Assembly: GCA_016197005.1 (NCBI GenBank)
Contig: JACPWO010000001.1
Span: forward strand, 5,106-69,105
Reading direction: 5' to 3'
From: Candidatus Anderseniibacteriota bacterium
Lineage (GTDB): Bacteria; Patescibacteriota; Andersenbacteria; UBA10190
DNA length: 64,000 bases
Part shown: positions 58,736 to 64,000 of the stretch, piece by piece
Position numbering within the stretch: the first letter of the stretch is position 1
How the letters are laid out: each line of letters begins with the position of its first letter
Made by a program: the position numbers and the translations under genes
The notes under the pieces: generated by a model
Database searches by the model: none
Seen by the model: the letters and a program-made list of their open reading frames with translations, nothing else
What the model was told of the DNA's origin: nothing

Positions 58736-59934
58736 AAAGCTAGTTCAATTACGCGAGCATACACAGCTAGCAAATCAAGAAGTGCTAAGAATGTAAGAGC
58801 ATAAAGGATTAACTCAGCTATTTTTCCATGCGAACGTAGATAGGAAGAGATACCCGCTAAGCCAACAGCACTCGTATACGCAATTGCAAGAACAGTCAGA
58901 ATAGGAGTGATGAAGCATCCAATTGTTATAAAGATGATAGATGACCCAAACACTCTTCTACTTTGTCGCCACAACAAAATGAGGCCGATACCGGTGCAGA
59001 TAAGTGCGGGGATGCCAATATATGCACCGATCGGCATAACCGCAATCTGATTGGGATCAAGAAATACATCTTTAAGATGTCCAAGTGAGGTTAGTCCTGT
59101 CCAAGGTACTCTCCCGGCTATTACTAAAGCCCAAAATGTTGTAAAAGCCGCAATATGGGCTCCAAACAAAGTTGCTGGTGGACGTAGCGAACGACGCTTT
59201 AGCAAAAACAACACACCCCACACAATGCCCGCTTGTAAAACAACGAGAAGAAAAGATTGAATACTTACGTCACGTACTAAGAGTGGGAGAGATGCGGACA
59301 CCGACAGTCCGATTGCGTATAGCGGATACAACAGGTGCTTTGCAGAACGATGCCAGACGATAAGAAAAGTAGCCGCGATGAGTAGTAATCCTCCCATTTG
59401 TAATGTAATTGCTGGTCGAACTGACATAAATACCTCGTATGCAGCGGGACTCGATTGTGGAGCTCCATCGATAAACAAAACGGCATCGCGATTAAAAGTC
59501 TCATCCTGTTGGCGCTGCATAAGTCCCACTTTTCCCGAAAGGGAAGGGGGTACAGAAATTGCCAAAACTAATTTCTCGCGATGAACGGTTTCAAAAGGTG
59601 AAGATAGTCGCAAGAAAACCGGAGCGTTAGCATTTAAAAAGGATGACGGAAATACTTGTTGACCAATATTTTCCCCACTCCGTCGCAGGTTCAGCGTTAT
59701 GGTATCTACGGGTATGTCTTGGACAAGTGGTTTTACATACACCCCTACTCGACTAATATTAGCGGCAGAATTCACAAATTCCTGCTCGTAGATTTTGTCT
59801 GATATAAGTGGCACTACCAGACTTGCATCCTCTGAGGGAGATAAGACAATAATTTGTCGATCAGCTTGAATAAGCAGTAGTCCGACTGCGGTTGCTGCCA
59901 GCAGTAGCGCACCAATTACTGTGCGATATGTCAT
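58732..59934 (-). CDS. membrane protein, hypothetical (N-terminal TM, roughly 170 aa soluble domain, then about 7 TM helices)
   Basis: The start is moved to the internal ATG (MTYRTVIGALLL…), which forms an ATGA overlap with the stop of the upstream small ORF. Confidence 0.45.
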   Translation of the reverse strand: MTYRTVIGALLLAATAVGLLLIQADRQIIVLSPSEDASLVVPLISDKIYEQEFVNSAANISRVGVYVKPLVQDIPVDTITLNLRRSGENIGQQVFPSSFLNANAPVFLRLSSPFETVHREKLVLAISVPPSLSGKVGLMQRQQDETFNRDAVLFIDGAPQSSPAAYEVFMSVRPAITLQMGGLLLIAATFLIVWHRSAKHLLYPLYAIGLSVSASLPLLVRDVSIQSFLLVVLQAGIVWGVLFLLKRRSLRPPATLFGAHIAAFTTFWALVIAGRVPWTGLTSLGHLKDVFLDPNQIAVMPIGAYIGIPALICTGIGLILLWRQSRRVFGSSIIFITIGCFITPILTVLAIAYTSAVGLAGISSYLRSHGKIAELILYALTFLALLDLLAVYARVIELAL

Positions 59935-60107
59935 AGCGGTCGTCGCCATAACACACCAACTGCTGCCACCACACCAATACTCAATAGAATCGTGGTCAGA
60001 GAACTAGAAAAAATGGCGGGGTGAAACCAACGTGCAATACCAACCAATGCCGCTGTTAGGAATGCGGCCCAACTCGTGACGAATAAAATTGAAGAAGAAT
60101 GCATCAT
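59931..60107 (-). CDS. unlisted small ORF: 58 aa two-helix membrane protein
   Basis: MMHSSSILFVTSWAAFLTAALVGIARWFHPAIFSSSLTTILLSIGVVAAVGVLWRRPL. The start ATG overlaps the stop of the upstream gene (ATGA), and the stop TGA overlaps the ATG of the downstream gene (ATGA). Confidence 0.35.
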   Translation of the reverse strand: MMHSSSILFVTSWAAFLTAALVGIARWFHPAIFSSSLTTILLSIGVVAAVGVLWRRPL

Positions 60108-60673
60108 TGCGCTCGCTCACGCCTAAGAACACTGCGAATATAGTCCTTTGTTTCAGCAATCGTTGGCCAGGTATACCTTACCCGAGCAGATAACTCACGT
60201 ACTTCCCAGGAGGCAGTTTGGTTTATTCCAGCATCAATATCCGTCGGAGTGTCAGTTTCTGCAAAAAACATAAGATCAATTGAACGGTCAGTCTCCTGAA
60301 ACTTATTAGTAAGCGGTACAGTAATCGTCCGCTCCTGCCATTCATGCGCATTTCCAGCCGTCCAAAGTACTACCGGTGGATAGCTTAGCCAGAAATCATT
60401 TTCTCGAACTCCGACGGTAAGATTTTTCGTATTACCAGGATGGAATCGTATTGTTAACTCCAGCTCCTTCATAAACACCGGTTCGCGTAAATAGATATCC
60501 GCATGAGCAAGCTTCTCACTTATCTGAACGCTGTCATCTAGGCGAGGATATGGGATGCCAGCAATTGACTCGAGAGCAGAGACTTCTCGAGGACCACGCT
60601 GAGCAACATCAAAACAAAAACCAGCCACGATAAGCAGTACGACAACCCCTCCAATTTTTAGCCCGGTGTTCAT
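60104..60673 (-). CDS. membrane-anchored extracytoplasmic protein, hypothetical
   Basis: N-terminal TM helix (GGVVVLLIVAGFCF), then a roughly 160 aa soluble domain. Confidence 0.45.
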   Translation of the reverse strand: MNTGLKIGGVVVLLIVAGFCFDVAQRGPREVSALESIAGIPYPRLDDSVQISEKLAHADIYLREPVFMKELELTIRFHPGNTKNLTVGVRENDFWLSYPPVVLWTAGNAHEWQERTITVPLTNKFQETDRSIDLMFFAETDTPTDIDAGINQTASWEVRELSARVRYTWPTIAETKDYIRSVLRRERAQ

Positions 60674-62124
60674 TTCTTAAGAAAACTGAGGCGGGGGTGG
60701 ATACTAGCAAGTAGTGCCCGATCACTCGGTTTAACTTCTCCTAAAATCCACAACACTACGATATAGAGGCCAAGTAATACTACATATTGAAGAGGGAGCA
60801 AGAATGGAGAAACTTCCCAAACATATGTAGGCAAAACGGCTGCCGCGGTCGCAATAACAATGTTAATTGTGCTCTTTACCGGATAGGGAATACGGAAAGT
60901 GGAGAAAATATATATCGTTAGCGCAATTAAACCAACAAAAGCAGCAATGGTTGTCTGCCAAGCCGCTCCTACGAGTTGGTACCGAGGAATAAGAATAAAG
61001 CCAGCAATTAAGCTAACAATTATCATGAGAATAGTAATTCCAAGTGCAGTCTTAGCCTTATTTGCTCCGGCGGCAATATTAGCGAGAAGTAAATAGAAAG
61101 AAAGAATACCTACCCCTAACATCAGAACAGTAAGTGCTGGTGCCCCCGGTACAAAAGAAGACGAGAAGAATAAGATAACGAGCTGTTCACTAGTGGCCGC
61201 TGCCAACGTAATTGACGGAATAATGAGAGCAATAAGATATCGCAACATTCGACTGATAAAAGAGACGGCTTGAGTTTGTGATGCACCCGGCTTCGTCAAC
61301 TTTGAGACACTGGGCAAAACGATAAATGATAAGCCTTGAAGTAAGAAGTATGAGATACGCGAGAGCGTAACGGCAGCGTTGTAGTAACCAGCCTGCACAT
61401 CATCACGGAGAAGTGATTTCACCATAAAAAGATCAATGCTCATCAGTAGTTGTAACCCCGCCAGAATAAGGACATACATTCCAGCAAAAGAGAGAAACTC
61501 CTTAAGCGGTAATTTCGCAGTGGTCTTTTTATTACGAGTTGCTCGCGTCCAATACCACCCAAGCATAGCGGCAATAACTCCACCGATAGCAAATCCCGAA
61601 AAGGCACCAAAAACATCAAAGGCGTAGAGCAGCGCAACCGCTCCAGCTAGCTTGGCGATAGCGTAAATAATAGTAAGGAGTGCCTGCCGGTTAAAGCGAT
61701 GCAAGCCGCTAAAGTACTGAACGTATATGGGGTAAAAAGCTTGCAAAAAGAGTACGGCGGCAACGAAAGCAATAAGTGGCGTTAACGTAGGGTCATTTAA
61801 AAGAAAAGCAATACCTGGTGAAAATATGGCCACAATTGCGGACAATCCAAACGCCAGGAGTGTTTGGATTTTAAGCGCCTGTCGTAAAATACTTTCAGCA
61901 TGAACTTCATCTTGAGCGACAAAACGAGAAACGGCACTTGGTACTCCAAGCGTAAGTAAAATACCGAGAATTGTTTGCAAAGATAAAACAACGCCATATA
62001 TTCCATACGGCCCGGGTCCGAGGAAACGACCAATCCACAAGTGCGTAACGTACCCCAGCATGAGCACAACGGCTTGGGCTATAAGGAGGGCCATTGCCCC
62101 CGTTATTCGAGATTGCTTTGGCAT
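60670..62124 (-). CDS. Wzx-like polysaccharide/oligosaccharide flippase (MOP superfamily)
   Basis: 484 aa with 12-14 TM helices. The N-terminal LMLGYVTHLWIGRFLGPGPYGIYG is typical of 'polysaccharide biosynthesis protein' flippases. Confidence 0.6.
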   Translation of the reverse strand: MPKQSRITGAMALLIAQAVVLMLGYVTHLWIGRFLGPGPYGIYGVVLSLQTILGILLTLGVPSAVSRFVAQDEVHAESILRQALKIQTLLAFGLSAIVAIFSPGIAFLLNDPTLTPLIAFVAAVLFLQAFYPIYVQYFSGLHRFNRQALLTIIYAIAKLAGAVALLYAFDVFGAFSGFAIGGVIAAMLGWYWTRATRNKKTTAKLPLKEFLSFAGMYVLILAGLQLLMSIDLFMVKSLLRDDVQAGYYNAAVTLSRISYFLLQGLSFIVLPSVSKLTKPGASQTQAVSFISRMLRYLIALIIPSITLAAATSEQLVILFFSSSFVPGAPALTVLMLGVGILSFYLLLANIAAGANKAKTALGITILMIIVSLIAGFILIPRYQLVGAAWQTTIAAFVGLIALTIYIFSTFRIPYPVKSTINIVIATAAAVLPTYVWEVSPFLLPLQYVVLLGLYIVVLWILGEVKPSDRALLASIHPRLSFLKK

Positions 62125-62142
62125 AGGCTTACTGTATTTCCT

Positions 62143-64000
62143 TCAGGGAATTCGCGCCAATCCAAGCGCGATTAGATCAATTCCAATTGGTTTTTCTTCT
62201 GGATTGAGCATTTTAAGCTCAAGAAGACCTTTGTCGTTATATATAACTGAGTGTGCGGGAATAGTAAGAGGTTGGCCCATTGTAAGTTCAACACGAGAGT
62301 CGTCAGGAAGAACAACCTCTAACTTTTCTGGTCCATATACAGCCTTTACGAGTAATTCAAGATTCACTGTTGGATGTCCGGTATCTTCTTGATCCCATAG
62401 TACTGCAACATAACTGCGAGGATTGAATACAAGAGGAATTACGGAAGCGGACACGGAACGGAATGTTGCTGTACGTTCACGCTGCGGCGAAGAGAGACGG
62501 CTGCTTCGTACACTAGCCGGGAGATGAGCAAACGTATCCTCGCCATCACCGATATCGTTAGCGAGCGTGCTTGTTTTGAGCAACCACGCCGTTTCTTCAT
62601 TGAGGGTACGTTTAGATTCAACAGAAAATAGAATAACGTCAGCACCGCGCGCCTTTTCTTGCAAGATTGGATTGCTCGCAAAGGCGCTATCACTACTCTT
62701 TTCAACTCCCGTTATGTACTTAATATTGTGTTTTTGCAGTAGCTCGCCAATTTCTGACATCGAACCAAGTGAAAAGATTTTCTCGAAGTCCAGCTGTTTC
62801 AAATATAAATCCATCCGCGTCTCTGATTGTCTAGCTTCATTCATCTGCCGCTGAAGATCAGCCGCAATGCGAGTATACATAGGTTTACCCGACAGGATGA
62901 GCCACGAAGAAGAGCGCCGGTTATAGTCGTCGACAAGGACAGCGGCTCGGGAACTGTCTTGTGCGATTATGCCGGCTAAGTACTCGTGTTCAGGTAGTAA
63001 AGTAGAGTTTGTTCGAATCGTATGATTAGTTGTCGCGAATGCGCGCTGGGTTGTTTGAAAAGCAGGCCAGCCCACCAAGATAATTAACGCAATATAACCC
63101 AGACGGCGAGGTAGTTTTGAAAACTCTGAAAAATAATGCCGTAATTGCATAATAAAGTACGCAGCTAGGATGCTTAACGGTACAACGGAGTAAAAAAGCG
63201 CCCGTACCGGAGGAATATCAATAAAAAGACGAGGGCCTTGTGATAGGAGAAGAAAAACTACGACACTAATAGTAAAAGCGATGATCTGTGGATTACGCGA
63301 ACCGAAAGCTTGCTTAGCGAGAAGAATAAATCCAGCCAACCCCAAGAAAAACCAAACTCCACCGGTTATAGCTGGGTAATCTGTTAGATTTGGAACATCA
63401 GCTAAAAGATGGGGGGCAGTAGTAAATAAATGAGGGAGCTTATCATAAAAACCAAATGGAATAGCTGCTACCAAAAGGAGAATAATAAGAGCGCCACCCG
63501 ACACCACACTATAAAAGGCCTGTCGTGAATGGTGGCGCAAACGACTAATTCGGACAAGAAAGAAGGAGGCAGCTACTGGCACAAGAGTGAAGACGGCCAT
63601 AAATACAGAAAACTGATGCGTCAAAATGAGTGCAGCAAGACAGGTAACAGCGAGCGAGAAATCCTGCCAAGAAAATTTCTTAATAAGACGAAGGCCAAGT
63701 AACAAAAGTCCAAATAAAAATATTTCACCAAATATATTTTGATAGTGATAACCCGGTTCCCGCAGGTATCGTAAAAAACGAGTATTTGTCAAAACAAAAA
63801 AGGCAGCTACCAGTGGCAAGATAATGTGCGAATCACCCTTAAATAACTCCCGGCTAATAGTTGCCGCTAACCACGCAACAACAATGCAACCGACAATGGC
63901 GAACACCCCAACGCTCATAAGTGGATACGGCGACAGGGTCATAACGAGGGCAGTTAGCGTGTGCAAGCCTGGGGTAAAAAAATCTCCAGGGTCTCGGTTG
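62143..64000 (-). CDS. polytopic membrane protein with C-terminal soluble domain (5' end lies outside the window)
   Basis: The listed start at 63966 is a TTG. The frame stays open to nt 64000 with no stop (…NRDPGDFFTPG-LHTLTALVM…). About 10 TM helices, then a roughly 300 aa hydrophilic region. Confidence 0.5.
   Translation of the reverse strand, partial: NRDPGDFFTPGLHTLTALVMTLSPYPLMSVGVFAIVGCIVVAWLAATISRELFKGDSHIILPLVAAFFVLTNTRFLRYLREPGYHYQNIFGEIFLFGLLLLGLRLIKKFSWQDFSLAVTCLAALILTHQFSVFMAVFTLVPVAASFFLVRISRLRHHSRQAFYSVVSGGALIILLLVAAIPFGFYDKLPHLFTTAPHLLADVPNLTDYPAITGGVWFFLGLAGFILLAKQAFGSRNPQIIAFTISVVVFLLLSQGPRLFIDIPPVRALFYSVVPLSILAAYFIMQLRHYFSEFSKLPRRLGYIALIILVGWPAFQTTQRAFATTNHTIRTNSTLLPEHEYLAGIIAQDSSRAAVLVDDYNRRSSSWLILSGKPMYTRIAADLQRQMNEARQSETRMDLYLKQLDFEKIFSLGSMSEIGELLQKHNIKYITGVEKSSDSAFASNPILQEKARGADVILFSVESKRTLNEETAWLLKTSTLANDIGDGEDTFAHLPASVRSSRLSSPQRERTATFRSVSASVIPLVFNPRSYVAVLWDQEDTGHPTVNLELLVKAVYGPEKLEVVLPDDSRVELTMGQPLTIPAHSVIYNDKGLLELKMLNPEEKPIGIDLIALGLARIP

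Noticed and set aside
1-64000. Numerous 60-170 aa ORFs listed in the six-frame track that lie antisense to or out of frame within the large genes (e.g. 103..417, 1791..2183, 2935..3147, 16540..16944, 35141..35350, 45939..46409, 47132..47629)
   Set aside because: They are fully embedded in longer ORFs that carry clear family motifs, so they are most likely shadow ORFs.
1-64000. Search for rRNA, tRNA, CRISPR repeats, transposases or integrases, and toxin-antitoxin or restriction-modification genes
   Set aside because: No cloverleaf-like T-arm motifs, no regularly spaced direct repeats, no DDE, tyrosine-recombinase or HNH signatures, and no nuclease or ATPase defence-type genes were seen. The intergenic space is too small for missed structural RNAs, except at 6165..6677.

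Overview
This 64 kb window is gene-dense and almost entirely coding. There are about 50 CDSs, many with ATGA/TTAA-type overlaps and GTG/TTG starts, plus one roughly 500 bp non-coding stretch. It looks like a single large cell-surface glycosylation island. The dominant class is large polytopic GT-C-fold membrane glycosyltransferases (PMT/ArnT/YfhO-like), at least 14 of them, which fall into recognisable paralogous sub-families. One sub-family has a DE motif in the first loop plus a conserved C-terminal 'GWGEGLEQ ... INGLPYVWI' domain. Another carries an N-terminal anchored extracytoplasmic domain. Around them are roughly nine GT4, three GT2 (Dpm1/GtrB-like) and two GT9 glycosyltransferases, six class-I SAM methyltransferases and two DegT-type sugar aminotransferases. 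There is also an SDR epimerase/dehydratase, a UGM-like flavoprotein, a FrhB-like protein, a CE4 deacetylase and a TagF-like transferase, plus two MOP-family flippases (MurJ-like and Wzx-like). A stand-alone, strongly promoted and terminated gene encodes a secreted DUF11 protein with a Thr/Pro repeat linker and a sortase-like C-terminal signal. Two paralogous pseudopilin-like small proteins lie next to GT-C genes. I found no rRNA, tRNA, CRISPR array, transposase or integrase. Gene organisation and composition fit an uncultivated, CPR/Patescibacteria-like lineage, but that cannot be proven from sequence alone. All functional calls are family-level inferences from motifs read by eye; no database search was run.
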